The translations under genes and the position numbers were made by a program. From an uncultured Chloroflexota bacterium (lineage in GTDB: Bacteria; Chloroflexota; UBA6077; CF-72): DNA of 64,000 bases. Shown here in pieces: positions 17,846 through 28,968 of the stretch. How positions within the stretch are numbered: the stretch's first letter is position 1; each line of letters begins with the position of its first letter. A model generated the notes under the pieces. The model was not told where the DNA came from. It saw only the letters and a program-made list of their open reading frames with translations, and did not search any database. The stretch covers positions 7,134 to 71,133 of the forward strand of contig CAYSYM010000005.1 of assembly GCA_964435115.1 (NCBI GenBank), read 5' to 3'.

Positions 17846-19306
17846 ATGCCACGACCCCAGGTGCCGAACCCATTCCGTACCTTCCAGGGCCGGCTGGCGA
17901 CGACGTACGCCGGGCTGGCGCTCCTGGCCGTCGTGGTGTCCGCCGTCTACACCACCAGCAGCCTGCGCGGTGTGGTGTTGGAACGCATCGGGGTGGACCT
18001 GGAGGACGAGGCCCGCATCATTGCGGATAGCGTGGCCGAGCCGCTGGCACGCGGAGACTCGGCCGGGGTGGCGGCCTCCATCGCGCGCGCCGACGCGCTC
18101 ACGCGTGCCCGCATCGTCGTCGTCAATCGCGACGGCGTGCGCGTCGCGGCCACGGACCCCGCGCCCAACGAGCTGCAGGTTGGCGAGGTGAGCCTTCAGG
18201 AGGCGCTGAACGGCAAGAGCTTCGTCCTGGCCGGCGTGGCGCGTGGCGGCAGCCACGAGGTGGTGCAGGTGACCCAACCGATCTTCGGTGGAGACGGGAG
18301 GGTGGTGGGGGCCCTGCGAGCCTCCTACAACCTGGAAGACGTCGAGGACACCGTGGCTCGGCTGAACGCCGCCACGATCGTGGGCGCGCTGGGTGCGGCC
18401 ATTCTGGCGGCGGGGCTCGGAGTGATGCTCGCCACCACCGTCGCGCGCCCGGTCCGCCGCGTCGCGCAGTCCGCGCGCGACCTCGCCGCCGGCCGCCTCG
18501 CTACCCGCTTCCCGGAGCCGGCCGCCGGGACCGACGAGATCCGCGCGCTGATTGGCGCTTTCACTACGCTTGCCGACCAGCTCACGCTGCTCGAGCAGGC
18601 CCGTCGCGAGTTCGCCTCGGACGTCTCGCACGAGCTGCACGCGCTCGCCTCGGCCATGCAGACCGGGGCCGAGGCGCTCCAGCGTGGCGCGGCTGAGGCC
18701 GACCCGGCGCTCAGCGAACGCCTCGTGGCCGGCCTCGTCGGCCACACCCGCCGGCTCACGCGCCTGGCCGACGACCTGCTGGAGCTAGCGCGCTGGGAGG
18801 GCGGCCGATTGCGCCTAGACCGAGTCGACTTCGACGTCGCAGACCTGGTCGAGGGGGTGCGCGACGAGTGGACGGCGGAAGCCGAGCGCCGCGGCTTAGT
18901 GCTGGAGACTCGTCTCCCTGGCACGTCGATGCCGTTGCACGGCGACCCGATCCGACTCGCGCAGGCGCTGGGGAACCTGGTCGAGAACGCCATCAAGTAT
19001 GCGGGCACGGGCGGCCGCGTCCGCCTGGAAAGTGCCTGGAACGCGCGGCGCCGTACCTACGAGCTCGCGGTGGCCGATTCCGGCCCGGGCATCCCGGCGG
19101 ACGTTCTGCCGCGGGTGTTCGACCGGTACTACCGGGTCGAGGGACGGGTGGGTGGCGGGCCCGGCGGGATGGGGCTGGGGCTCGCCATCGCCCGCGCCAT
19201 CGCGGTCGCGCACGGAGGGGAGCTGACGGCCGAGAGCCCGCCCGGGGGAGGCGCACGTTTCACCCTGCGCCTCCCCCGGGCCGCCGCCCGCTCCCCCACC
19301 TCCTGA
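17846..19306 (+). CDS. sensor histidine kinase (HAMP-HisKA-HATPase)
   Basis: An N-terminal TM segment and a second hydrophobic segment, then the H-box SHELHALASA and HATPase motifs (…GLGLAIARAI…). It starts 3 nt after the response regulator's stop. Confidence 0.85.
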   Translation: MPRPQVPNPFRTFQGRLATTYAGLALLAVVVSAVYTTSSLRGVVLERIGVDLEDEARIIADSVAEPLARGDSAGVAASIARADALTRARIVVVNRDGVRVAATDPAPNELQVGEVSLQEALNGKSFVLAGVARGGSHEVVQVTQPIFGGDGRVVGALRASYNLEDVEDTVARLNAATIVGALGAAILAAGLGVMLATTVARPVRRVAQSARDLAAGRLATRFPEPAAGTDEIRALIGAFTTLADQLTLLEQARREFASDVSHELHALASAMQTGAEALQRGAAEADPALSERLVAGLVGHTRRLTRLADDLLELARWEGGRLRLDRVDFDVADLVEGVRDEWTAEAERRGLVLETRLPGTSMPLHGDPIRLAQALGNLVENAIKYAGTGGRVRLESAWNARRRTYELAVADSGPGIPADVLPRVFDRYYRVEGRVGGGPGGMGLGLAIARAIAVAHGGELTAESPPGGGARFTLRLPRAAARSPTS

Positions 19307-19342
19307 CCTGCTGCCGGCACCGGCCCGCGCGCCCCCGGCGGC

Positions 19343-20563
19343 TCAGCCTTCGAGGAGCAGCGCTTCTGGGTCTTCGATCAGCTCCTTGACGCGCACCAGG
19401 AACAGCACCGCCTCGCGCCCGTCGACGAGGCGGTGGTCGTAGGTGAGGGCCAGGTACATCATCGGCCGGATCACCACCTCGCCGCCGCGGGCCACCGGCC
19501 GCTCCTGGACGCGATGCATGCCCAGGATGCCCACCTGGGGTGGGCTGAGGATGGGCGTTGACAGGAGCGAGCCAAAGACCCCGCCGTTGGTGAGCGTGAA
19601 GGTGCCGCCGCGCAGGTCCTCCAGCGTCAGCGTGTTCGAGCGCGCCTTCTCCGCGAGCGTCGCGATCTCCTGCTCGATCTGGGCGAACGTCTTCCGATCC
19701 GCGTCGCGCACCACGGGTACCACCAGCCCGCCCTCGGCGCTGACGGCGATGCCGATGTCGTAGTAGTGCTTCAGCACGATCTCGTCGCCCTGGATCTCGG
19801 CGTTCAGGAACGGGAAGGCCTTAAGGGCGCCCACGGCCGCCCGGGTGAAGAACGCCATGAACCCGAGGCTGACACCGTGGCGGGCCTGGAACGCCTCCCG
19901 CCGCCGGGTGCGCACTGCGAGCACGGCGCTCATGTCCACCTCGTTGAAGGTGGTCAGCATGGCGGCCGTCCGCTGCGCTTCGAGCAGGCGCTGGGCGATC
20001 GTCTGGCGCCGCCGCGTCAGGCGCACCCGTGCTTCGCCGCGCGGGTCGGCGGGCCGGGCCGGCGCCGGCGTGGGGGGCCGCGGGGCCGCCGACTCCACCG
20101 CGGCGGGGGTGAGCGGGGCCTGCTGCTCGAGGTGTCGCTGGACATCCGCGCGCGTCACGCGCCCGGCGGTCCCGGTGCCGCCCACGCGGGCCAGGTCGAT
20201 CCCGTGCTCTTCGGCCAGGCGCCGCGCCACCGGCGAGGCGTGCGGCCGGTCCTGCCCGTCCGGCCGGAGCGCCGGCGCGCTCTCGTCCACCGCGGCCCGG
20301 CCCGTGGCGGCCGGGAGTGGACCGGCGACCTCCCCGAGCGTCGCCAGCAGCTCGCCGGGGTGGACCGTGGTGCCCTCCGGGCGCTCGATCCGCTCCAGCG
20401 TGCCGGCGCGCTCGGCCGCGACGTCCACGTTCACCTTCTCGGTCTCGAGCTGCACCAGCGCCTCGCCCGCCTCCACCCGCTCGCCAACCCGCTTCAGCCA
20501 CGACCCGACCGTCGCCTCGACCACGGACTCGCCCAGCGCGGGCACCCGCACCTCAACCGGCAT
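19343..20563 (-). CDS. sucB: dihydrolipoamide succinyltransferase (2-oxoglutarate dehydrogenase E2)
   Basis: Lipoyl domain (…[10 protein letters not shown]…), a Pro/Ala linker, and a catalytic domain ending …[11 protein letters not shown]. It lies directly downstream of sucA. Confidence 0.8.
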   Translation of the reverse strand: MPVEVRVPALGESVVEATVGSWLKRVGERVEAGEALVQLETEKVNVDVAAERAGTLERIERPEGTTVHPGELLATLGEVAGPLPAATGRAAVDESAPALRPDGQDRPHASPVARRLAEEHGIDLARVGGTGTAGRVTRADVQRHLEQQAPLTPAAVESAAPRPPTPAPARPADPRGEARVRLTRRRQTIAQRLLEAQRTAAMLTTFNEVDMSAVLAVRTRRREAFQARHGVSLGFMAFFTRAAVGALKAFPFLNAEIQGDEIVLKHYYDIGIAVSAEGGLVVPVVRDADRKTFAQIEQEIATLAEKARSNTLTLEDLRGGTFTLTNGGVFGSLLSTPILSPPQVGILGMHRVQERPVARGGEVVIRPMMYLALTYDHRLVDGREAVLFLVRVKELIEDPEALLLEG

Positions 20564-20598
20564 GGCTTCTCACTCCCTCTTGCGCCCACCCACCTGCG

Positions 20599-23424
20599 TC
20601 AGCCCCCGGCCGGCTCGGCAGCCGGCTGGGACGCGAGCGGCGCCTCCACGATCCGCCGCTGCGTGGCGGCGTGGGCTTCCGGCCAGCCCTCGGCCGGGCT
20701 GGCGCTTGGCGGCCGGCCCACGTACTGCAGGGTCCGCCCGGGCCCGAGGAGCTCGCGCAGGAGCGGCTCGACGTAGGTCCAGGCGCCCATGTTGCGTGGC
20801 TCTTCCTGCAGCCAGAGCACCTCGGGCGCCCCGGCGTACGCGTCGAGCACGGCGCGCACCTCGGCCGCGGGGAACGGGTAGAGCTGCTCGACTCGTACCA
20901 GCGCCAGCGACGCGGCGGGAGGGCGCGCGCGCTGACCCGCCACGTCGGCCCAGATCTTCCCGCTACACAGCACGAGGCGCCGCACCCGGGCTGGCTGCGC
21001 GGCTGCCCGCGCGTCGTCCAGCACTGGGTGGAACCTCCCGCCGGCCAACTCCGGCGCCCGGGCGGCCGCCAGAGGGTGGCGCAGCAGACTCTTGGGGGTA
21101 AAGACGACGAGTGGACGCGGCTCAGCGCGCAGTGAGGCGGCCTGGCGGCGCAGCAGGTGGTAGTACTGGGCGGCCGTCGAGCAGTTGGCTACGCGGATGT
21201 TGTCCTCCGCGGCGAGCTGGAGGAAGCGCTCCAGACGCCCGCCGGAGTGGTCCGGGCCCTGGCCCTCCCATGCGTGCGGGAGCAAGAGGACGAGACCAGA
21301 GCGGAGGCCCCACTTGGCCTCGCCGGACACGATGAATTCGTCGACGACCACCTGCGCGCCGTTGATGAAGTCGCCGTACTGCGCCTCCCAGAGCACGAGG
21401 GTGCCGGGGTGGTGGACGCTGTAGCCGTACTCGAAGCCCAGGGCCGCGTTCTCCGAGAGGGGGCTGTTCCACGCCTCGAATGGCGCGTGCTCGCCCGGCA
21501 GCTCGCGCAAGGGCGTGAACGCCGCGCCGGTGCGGGCGGCGAAGAACGTGAGGTGGCGCTGGCTGAACGTCCCGCGGACTGTGTCCTGGCCGGCCACGCG
21601 GATGGGGATACCCTGGCCGAGGATGGTGGCGAACGCCAGCGCTTCCGCGTGGCCCCAGTCAATCGGGGCATCCGGGTCCTCGAAGGCGGCCCGGCGGCGC
21701 TGGATGGGCCGCGCCAGCTTCGGGTTGAGCGCGAAGCCCTCGGGCAGGCGAGTCAGCGCCTGGTTCAGCTCGCGTAGCGCCTCGAGCGAGACCGGCTCGA
21801 GCGCGGTGGAGGCGGCCGGCTTCCCATCCGCTCGCTCGTCGGCACCCGGCGCGGGCCGCCGCGCGGCCAGCGCCTGCTCGGCGCGCACGGCTCCGGGCCC
21901 CGGCCGCTCGTCCGCCCGGGCCCGGGCGAGCACCGACTCGCGGATGCGCTGGAACTCGTCCAGGCCCGCCTGCAGCAGGGCGTCTGGCTCGCCAGCGCCC
22001 ACCACGCCGCGCCGCACCAGCTCCGCGGCGAACTGCTCGCGGACCGTCGGCAGCTCGCGGATGGTGGCGTACATGCGGGGCTGGGTGAACGACGGGTCGT
22101 CCCCCTCATTGTGCCCCCAGCGGCGGTAGCCGATGAGGTCGATCAGGAAGTCCTTCTTGAAGCGGGTCCGGTACGCGACCGCCAGCCGGGTGGCCGCCAG
22201 GCAGGCAACCGGGTCGTTGGCGTTCACGTGGACGATGGGGATCTCGAAGCCCTTGGCCAGGTCGCTCGCGTACAGGGTGGAGCGACCGTGGGTGGGCTCC
22301 GTCGTGAAGCCAAGCTGGTTGTTCGTGATCACGTGCAGGGTGCCGCCCGTGCTGTAGCCCGCCAGGCGCGACAGGTTGAGCGTCTCGGCCACCACCCCCT
22401 GCCCGGGGAAGGCAGCGTCGCCGTGGATCAGCACGGCCAGCGCGGTCCCGTGGTCGTTGGCCGCCCGGGCCATCCCCTCGACGACCGGGTCCACGGCCTC
22501 CAGGTGGCTGGGGTTGGGCACCAGGATGACTGCCACTACCCCGGCGTGGTCGGCCGGGTAGGCCCGCCGCCCGCCGGCGTGGTACTTCACGTCGCCCGCC
22601 CAGCCCTCACCGGCGCTGCCGGACGGAGCGGCGGGCGCGACCGGCGCCCAGCCCTCGAACTCGGCCACGATCCGCTCGTACGGCTTGCCGAGCACGTGGG
22701 CCAGCACGTTCAGGCGGCCGCGGTGCGCCATGCCGAGCGCAATCAGGCGAATGCCCTCCCCGCCGGCGCGGTCGATCAGCTCGTCGAGCATCGGGATCAG
22801 CATGCCCAGACCCTCGATGGAGAACCGCGTCTGCCCGGGGTAGGCACGCTGGAGGAAGCGCTCGAACGCCGACAGCTCGGTCAGTCGATCAAGCAACGTC
22901 CGCTCGTCGACCGGGTCGGCCGGCGGGCGGAAGCGCTCTTCCTCGACCGCCGCGAACAGCCAGGCGCGCTCCTCGGGTACCTGCACGTGGCTGAACTCGT
23001 AGCCGGTCGTGGCGCAGTAGATCCCCCACAGCCGCTGGATCGCCTCCGCGGCACTGCGTGCCGCCCGCGCCGTGGGCCCACCCACCACGCTGGCCGGTAC
23101 GAGCGCCAGGTCGTCCTCGCGGACCCCGTGGCTCGTCAGGTCTAGCTGGGGGTCGCCGGGAGGCGGCGACCCGAGGGGGTCGAGGTGGGCGCCGCGGTGC
23201 CCGTAGAGCCGAATGGCCTGGGCCACGTCCGCGGCCGCGGCCGCCACGGAGACGTCCAGGCCGGCGGTGACCTCCGGTGGCGCGCCAGGCGCCGGGCCGG
23301 CACTGAGCGAAGCGAGCGCGGCCCGGGTCGCTGCGTCCAGCGCCTGCGGGTCGCGCCGCGCCCGCTCCCGCAGCTCCTCGACGTACCCGGCGTTCGGCCC
23401 GTAGAACTGCTCCAGATCGTCCAT
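20599..23424 (-). CDS. sucA: 2-oxoglutarate dehydrogenase E1 component
   Basis: The canonical N-terminus MDDLEQFYGPNAGYVEEL…, a TPP-binding region, and 941 aa. Confidence 0.9.
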   Translation of the reverse strand: MDDLEQFYGPNAGYVEELRERARRDPQALDAATRAALASLSAGPAPGAPPEVTAGLDVSVAAAAADVAQAIRLYGHRGAHLDPLGSPPPGDPQLDLTSHGVREDDLALVPASVVGGPTARAARSAAEAIQRLWGIYCATTGYEFSHVQVPEERAWLFAAVEEERFRPPADPVDERTLLDRLTELSAFERFLQRAYPGQTRFSIEGLGMLIPMLDELIDRAGGEGIRLIALGMAHRGRLNVLAHVLGKPYERIVAEFEGWAPVAPAAPSGSAGEGWAGDVKYHAGGRRAYPADHAGVVAVILVPNPSHLEAVDPVVEGMARAANDHGTALAVLIHGDAAFPGQGVVAETLNLSRLAGYSTGGTLHVITNNQLGFTTEPTHGRSTLYASDLAKGFEIPIVHVNANDPVACLAATRLAVAYRTRFKKDFLIDLIGYRRWGHNEGDDPSFTQPRMYATIRELPTVREQFAAELVRRGVVGAGEPDALLQAGLDEFQRIRESVLARARADERPGPGAVRAEQALAARRPAPGADERADGKPAASTALEPVSLEALRELNQALTRLPEGFALNPKLARPIQRRRAAFEDPDAPIDWGHAEALAFATILGQGIPIRVAGQDTVRGTFSQRHLTFFAARTGAAFTPLRELPGEHAPFEAWNSPLSENAALGFEYGYSVHHPGTLVLWEAQYGDFINGAQVVVDEFIVSGEAKWGLRSGLVLLLPHAWEGQGPDHSGGRLERFLQLAAEDNIRVANCSTAAQYYHLLRRQAASLRAEPRPLVVFTPKSLLRHPLAAARAPELAGGRFHPVLDDARAAAQPARVRRLVLCSGKIWADVAGQRARPPAASLALVRVEQLYPFPAAEVRAVLDAYAGAPEVLWLQEEPRNMGAWTYVEPLLRELLGPGRTLQYVGRPPSASPAEGWPEAHAATQRRIVEAPLASQPAAEPAGG

Positions 23425-23592
23425 CCTGCTCGGGCGCCCTCACCTACTAACTGTACGCCCGGAGCGCGGGCGGCGTGCGCGTCGGCACCGCCACGCCGGC
23501 CACCACGCCGTGGCACACTTCGCTCACATGCCTGGCGGCAGAACCATAGGGCACGCCGTGCGCCGCTGCGCCCGTCTCCGGGGGCGCGTGGG

Positions 23593-25479
23593 ATGAGGCC
23601 AACGCGCTGGCGCCTCGACATGGGCGCCACCCTCACCCCTGAGGGTGTTCACTTCCGCGTGTGGGCGCCGGCGGCGCGGCGCGTAGAGGTCGAGCTGCAG
23701 GCGACCCCGGTGCGCTCCGTGCCGATGCAGCGCGCGGACGATGGCACCTGGGCCACCGTCGTCGCCGAGGCCAGCGCCGGCACGCGCTACCGGTACCGCC
23801 TGGACGGCGGCGGGTCTTTCCCCGACCCCTACTCGCGCAGCCAGCCCGAGGGGGTCCACGGCCCATCGGAGGTCGTCGACTCGGAGGCGTACGCGTGGCA
23901 CGACGCGGCCTGGCGGGGCGTCCCGGCCAACAAGGGGCTCGTCATCTACCAGTGCCACGTCGGGACGGCCACGCCGGAGGGCACCTTCGACGCCCTGGCG
24001 GGCCAGCTCGACCGGCTGGTGCAGCTTGGAGTGAACGCGGTGCAACTCCTGCCGGTGGCCGAGTTCCCCGGCCGGCGCAACTGGGGGTACGACGGCGTGG
24101 ACCTGTTCGCGCCCACCCGCGCCTACGGTGGGGTGGCCGGGCTGAAGCGCCTCGTCGACGCCGCGCACCGGCGCGGGCTGGGCGTCATCCTGGACGTCGT
24201 CTACAACCACTTCGGGCCGGATGGGAACTACCTGCGCCACTTCTCGCCGGCCTACTTCACCCACCGCTACCACACGCCGTGGGGTGACGCGGTCAACTAC
24301 GATGGCGAGCACAGCCCGTGGGTGCGGAAGCTGGCTGTCGACAACGCCCGCTACTGGGTCCACGAGTACCACGTCGACGGCCTGCGGCTGGATGCCACGC
24401 ACGCCATCCACGACCGCTCTGAGCGCCACGTGCTGCAGGAGCTGGTGGAGGCCGTCCGCCAGTCGCTCCCCGCGGGCCGGCAAGTGGTGCTGATCGCGGA
24501 GACGGACGAGAACGACGCGCGCTACCTGCTTCCCGCCAGCCAGGGTGGCTACGGCTTCGACGTCGTCTACGCGGACGACTTCCACCACTCCCTGCGGCGC
24601 TACCTGGCCGGCGACGACGAGGGGTACTACCGGGACTACCAGGGCACGCTGGCCGAGGTGGCGCGCATCGTCGAGCAGGGGTGGCTGTACGAAGGCCAGG
24701 CTTCCACTGTCACCGGGCGGCCGCGCGGAACCCCGGTGCGTGATCGACCTGCCTGGCAGCTCCAGTTCATGCTCCAGAACCACGACCAGGTGGGCAACCG
24801 GCCGTTCGGCGACCGGCTGACGCAGAGCCTGGATCCGGCGACCTACCGCGCCGCCTCGGCGCTCCTCCTGCTCCTGCCGTACACGCCGCTGCTGTTCATG
24901 GGCCAGGAGTTCGCCGCCGCGACCCCGTTCCAGTTCTTCACCGACCACGAGCCTGACCTTGGCCGGCGAGTCACCGCCGGGCGACGGGCGGAGTTCACCG
25001 GGTGGCAGGCGTTTCGCGACCCCGCCCGAGCCGCGGCGATCCCGGACCCGCAGGCCGAAGCCACCTTCCTGCGGGCGAAGCTCGACCTGAGCGAGCGCGC
25101 CCGCCCGCCAGGCGCGCAGGTCGAGGCGCTCTACCGGGCGCTGCTGCACCTACGGCGCAGCGACCCGGTGCTCAGGCGGCAGGATCGCCAGCAGATGCGC
25201 GCCCGGGCGGTGGCCCAGGACCTCCTGCTGGTACACCAGTGGAACGGGCCAGCGCACCGCGTGCTGCTGGCGAACTTCGGCGCCACCGCCGCGGTCGAGC
25301 TGGCAGCCTTTACCCCGCCCGCGGCCCTCGCTCGTCGCGGGCAGAGAGCGCCGCGGGTCCTCCTTAGCACGGCCGAGGCACGGTTCGGTGGATCGGGCGC
25401 GCCCGTGCCCGTGGATGGGGAGGCCATCGCCGTGCCGGAGCGCACCGGCGTCCTGCTGGCCTGGGACGCGCGTGCCTGA
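23593..25479 (+). CDS. treZ: malto-oligosyltrehalose trehalohydrolase (GH13)
   Basis: FRVWAP N-domain and GH13 catalytic motifs (GVILDVVYNHFG…GLRLDATHAI). It is followed by treY. Start is ATG 23593, with an alternative at 23620. The ORF-track start at 23185 is an upstream extension. Confidence 0.8.
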   Translation: MRPTRWRLDMGATLTPEGVHFRVWAPAARRVEVELQATPVRSVPMQRADDGTWATVVAEASAGTRYRYRLDGGGSFPDPYSRSQPEGVHGPSEVVDSEAYAWHDAAWRGVPANKGLVIYQCHVGTATPEGTFDALAGQLDRLVQLGVNAVQLLPVAEFPGRRNWGYDGVDLFAPTRAYGGVAGLKRLVDAAHRRGLGVILDVVYNHFGPDGNYLRHFSPAYFTHRYHTPWGDAVNYDGEHSPWVRKLAVDNARYWVHEYHVDGLRLDATHAIHDRSERHVLQELVEAVRQSLPAGRQVVLIAETDENDARYLLPASQGGYGFDVVYADDFHHSLRRYLAGDDEGYYRDYQGTLAEVARIVEQGWLYEGQASTVTGRPRGTPVRDRPAWQLQFMLQNHDQVGNRPFGDRLTQSLDPATYRAASALLLLLPYTPLLFMGQEFAAATPFQFFTDHEPDLGRRVTAGRRAEFTGWQAFRDPARAAAIPDPQAEATFLRAKLDLSERARPPGAQVEALYRALLHLRRSDPVLRRQDRQQMRARAVAQDLLLVHQWNGPAHRVLLANFGATAAVELAAFTPPAALARRGQRAPRVLLSTAEARFGGSGAPVPVDGEAIAVPERTGVLLAWDARA

Positions 25480-28400
25480 GCGGGCCGGACGCGCCGCGCG
25501 GCCCGCCAGCCCCCCGGCCGACCGGGCGCGCTCGCTCCAGGCGCAGCGCGCGGCGGTCCAGCGGCTGCCGCTCCCGCCGGCTCCATCGGCCACCTACCGG
25601 GTGCAGTTCCACGCGGGGTTCGGGTTCGACGCGGCGCGCCGCCTGGTGGGCTACCTCCACGACCTGGGCGTGAGCCACCTGTACGCGTCGCCCTACCTGC
25701 GAGCACGCTCAGGCAGCACGCACGGCTACGACGTGGCCGACCCGAACGCGCTGAACCCGGAGCTGGGGACGGGCGAGGAGTACGCGCAGCTCGTCGCCGA
25801 GCTGCGGGCGCACGGGATGGGCCAGCTCGTCGACGTCGTGCCAAACCACATGGGGATCGGCGATCCCGGCAACGTGCGCTGGCTGGACGTGCTCGAGAAC
25901 GGCCCGAGCTCGGTCTACGCGCCGTTCTTCGACATCAACTGGAGCCCGCTCAAGGCGGAGCCGCGGGACCACAACCGGCTGATCCTGCCCACCCTCGGCG
26001 ACCAGTACGGCAACGTCCTGGAGGCCGGCGAGCTGGCCCTGGGCTACGCAGATGGGGCCTTCTTCATCCGCTACTACGACCGCCGCTTCCCGGTGGCGCC
26101 CGATACCTACCCGCTCATCCTGGCCGAGTGCCTGGACACGCTGCAGGACGAGCTGGGGCGCAGGCACGAGCAGGTCCAGGAGCTGGCGAGCATCCTGACC
26201 GCGATCCGCCACCTGCCGCCGCGCGGCGGGCGCGACCCGGCCGCGCTGGAGGAGCGCAATCGCGAGAAGGAGATCGTCAAGCGCCGCCTCAGGCTGCTCT
26301 ACGCGGAGTCGCCACCCCTCCGCGCGGCGCTCCAGCGTGCGCTCCAGGCGCTCAACGGGACGCCGGGCGATCGCGCCAGCTTCGACCGCCTCGACGCCCT
26401 GCTCGAGCAGCAGTCGTACCGGCTGGCGTTCTGGCGCGTCGCGGCCGAGGAGATCAACTACCGGCGCTTCTTCGACATCAGCGAGCTGGCAGCGGTGCGC
26501 ATGGAGGACCCGGCCGTCTTCCACGAGACCCACCGCCTCCTGCTGCGCCTGGTCAGGGAAGGGACGGTCTCGGGGCTGCGCATCGACCATCCGGACGGGC
26601 TGCGCGACCCGGCCCGCTACCTGTGGCAGCTCCAGCGGAGCTGCCTGGCGCACTTCTACGCGGGGCGACTCGACGCAGCCGGACCGGCGAGTGCGACCGG
26701 CGCCGGCGGGCCCGCGACGCCCGCGCCGACGCTGGAGGAGGAGCTCGGGGCGCTCGTCGACCGCGAGCTGCGCCGCCGCCGCCGGTCGCCCCGGGAGCAG
26801 GCGTTCTACGTCGTGGTCGAGAAGATCCTGGGCGGCGAGGAGGAGCTGCCGGCCGCGTGGCCCGTGCACGGCACGACCGGCTACGACTTCCTGAACGCGG
26901 CCGGCGGCCTGTTCGTCAACCGTGAGAACGGGCGAGCGTTTCACGCCCTGTACACCCGGTTCATCCGCCAGGATCTCCGCTACCGCGACCTGGCCAACTC
27001 GGCCAAGAAGATGGCGATGCTCATCTCGCTCGCCAGCGAGGTGAACGAGCTGGGCTATGAGCTGAAGCGCATCGCCAGCGTCGACCGGCGCCGCCGCGAC
27101 TTCACCCTCAACCTGCTGAGCTTCGCCATCCGCGAGGTAATCGCGGCCCTGCCCGTGTACCGAACCTACATCGACCCTGAGACTGGCGCGGCCAGCCAGA
27201 CGGACCGAGTGTACGTGGAGAGCGCCGTGGCCGAGGCGAAGCGGCGCAACCCCCGGACGGACCCGTCGATCTTCGACTTCATTCGCGGCACCCTGCTGGG
27301 GCCGGCGAATCCCGCGCCGGTGCCCCGGGCCTCGGACGCGGAGGGCACGGCTGGCGGCGCGCCCCCCGAGTCCGAGGCGCTGCGCCTGCAGTTCATCGCC
27401 CCGTTCCAGCAGACGACCGGGCCCGTCATGGCCAAGGGGGTCGAAGACACGGCGTTCTACGTCTACAACCGACTCCTTGCGCTGAACGAGGTCGGCGGCG
27501 AGCCAGACCGGTTCGGCACCTCGATCACCGCCTTCCACCGCCAGAACCAGCGCCGGGCGCGCGCCTGGCCGACGGCCCTGCTCGCCACGTCGACGCATGA
27601 CACCAAGCGCAGCGAAGACGTCCGGGCCCGCATCGCTGTCCTGTCGGAGCTCCCCCGCGAGTGGCGCGCCGCGCTGACGCGCTGGAGCCGGCTTAACGGG
27701 CGGAAGAAGCACAGCGTGGACGGTCGGCAGGCGCCGGACCGTAACGAGGAGTACCTGCTCTACCAGACCCTGCTCGGCGCCTGGCCGCTCGAGCCCCTGG
27801 ACGCCGGGCAGTACGCGACGTTCCGCGACCGCATCGCGGCGGCGATGCTGAAGTCCGTCAAGGAGGCGAAGGTCAACACGAGCTGGATCAACCCCAACGC
27901 GGCCTACGAGGCGGCGGTCCAGCAGTTCGTGCACGCCATCCTGGATACCGGCGCGCCCAACCCGTTCCTGGAGGACTTCCACGCCCTCCGCGAGCGGGTC
28001 GCCTTCTTCGGCCTGTTCAACGCACTCTCCCAGACGCTCCTGAAGCTCACCTCACCCGGCGTGCCGGACATCTACCAGGGCAACGAGGTGTGGGACTTCA
28101 GCCTGGTCGACCCGGACAACCGCCGGCCGGTCGACTACGCCCGCCGCATGGACCTGCTGCGGTCCCTCCGGCGGGCGAGCACCGGGGGCGTGGCCCTCCG
28201 TCCGTTCGCCCGTGGGCTGTTGGAGACGCTGGCGGACGGGCGCATCAAGCTGTGGCTGACGCACCGGGCGCTGCGCCTGCGACAGGACTGCCCGGAGCTG
28301 TTCGGACGTGGGAGCTACGTGCCCCTGCGCGCCGCGGGACCGAAGAAGCGCCACGTCTGCGCATTCGCGCGGGTGTGGGAAGGGCAGCGGGTGATCGTGG

Positions 28401-28636
28401 TGGCCCCGGTCCTCCTGGCCGGGCTGACGCGAGCCACGCCGGTGCCGCCGATGGGTCGGGAGGTGTGGGGCGAGACCAGCCTGCACCTGCCGGGGGCGGC
28501 CGGCGAGACCTTCCGCGATATCTTCACCGGGGCGACGATCCAGGCGCACGCGAGCGACGGGAGGCTAGGCCTGGCCGACCTGCTGGCGGATTTCCCCGTG
28601 GCCGCGCTGGTAGCAACGCCCGAGGCACGTCGCTGA
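25472..28636 (+). CDS. treY: malto-oligosyltrehalose synthase
   Basis: ATYRVQFHAGFGFD…LGVSHLYASPY…GSTHGYDVADP is the TreY signature. The in-frame GTG at 25472 sits 5 nt before the treZ TGA (GTGCCTGA), suggesting translational coupling. The exact start is uncertain. Confidence 0.8.
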   Translation: MPERAGRAARPASPPADRARSLQAQRAAVQRLPLPPAPSATYRVQFHAGFGFDAARRLVGYLHDLGVSHLYASPYLRARSGSTHGYDVADPNALNPELGTGEEYAQLVAELRAHGMGQLVDVVPNHMGIGDPGNVRWLDVLENGPSSVYAPFFDINWSPLKAEPRDHNRLILPTLGDQYGNVLEAGELALGYADGAFFIRYYDRRFPVAPDTYPLILAECLDTLQDELGRRHEQVQELASILTAIRHLPPRGGRDPAALEERNREKEIVKRRLRLLYAESPPLRAALQRALQALNGTPGDRASFDRLDALLEQQSYRLAFWRVAAEEINYRRFFDISELAAVRMEDPAVFHETHRLLLRLVREGTVSGLRIDHPDGLRDPARYLWQLQRSCLAHFYAGRLDAAGPASATGAGGPATPAPTLEEELGALVDRELRRRRRSPREQAFYVVVEKILGGEEELPAAWPVHGTTGYDFLNAAGGLFVNRENGRAFHALYTRFIRQDLRYRDLANSAKKMAMLISLASEVNELGYELKRIASVDRRRRDFTLNLLSFAIREVIAALPVYRTYIDPETGAASQTDRVYVESAVAEAKRRNPRTDPSIFDFIRGTLLGPANPAPVPRASDAEGTAGGAPPESEALRLQFIAPFQQTTGPVMAKGVEDTAFYVYNRLLALNEVGGEPDRFGTSITAFHRQNQRRARAWPTALLATSTHDTKRSEDVRARIAVLSELPREWRAALTRWSRLNGRKKHSVDGRQAPDRNEEYLLYQTLLGAWPLEPLDAGQYATFRDRIAAAMLKSVKEAKVNTSWINPNAAYEAAVQQFVHAILDTGAPNPFLEDFHALRERVAFFGLFNALSQTLLKLTSPGVPDIYQGNEVWDFSLVDPDNRRPVDYARRMDLLRSLRRASTGGVALRPFARGLLETLADGRIKLWLTHRALRLRQDCPELFGRGSYVPLRAAGPKKRHVCAFARVWEGQRVIVVAPVLLAGLTRATPVPPMGREVWGETSLHLPGAAGETFRDIFTGATIQAHASDGRLGLADLLADFPVAALVATPEARR

Positions 28637-28685
28637 CGCAATCGCCGGTTGCCCCATGGGCTGTGGTCTTAGGATTGAGCTAGCG

Positions 28686-28907
28686 ATGCCGTTGGGTGAG
28701 CTCGGACGGACGCTGCTGGTCATTGGCCTGGTGCTCGCCGGACTGGGGGGCCTGCTGCTGCTGGCCGGCAGCGTCCCCTGGCTGGGCCGGCTGCCGGGCG
28801 ATATCAGTCTGGAGCGGGGGAACGTCCGCTTCTACGCACCGATTGCCACGAGCCTCCTGCTCAGCCTGATCCTCACCGTCCTGCTGAACGTCCTGGCACG
28901 CCGGTAG
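28686..28907 (+). CDS. DUF2905-family small membrane protein
   Basis: …LGRLPGDISLERGNVRFYAPIATSLLLSLILTVLLN matches the DUF2905 consensus. ATG at 28686. Confidence 0.6.
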   Translation: MPLGELGRTLLVIGLVLAGLGGLLLLAGSVPWLGRLPGDISLERGNVRFYAPIATSLLLSLILTVLLNVLARR

Positions 28908-28968
28908 CCAGCGCGAGGGCGCGCGTCACCGCCGCGCCGTGACCCACGGCCCCCCAGGCGCGGCGCGC

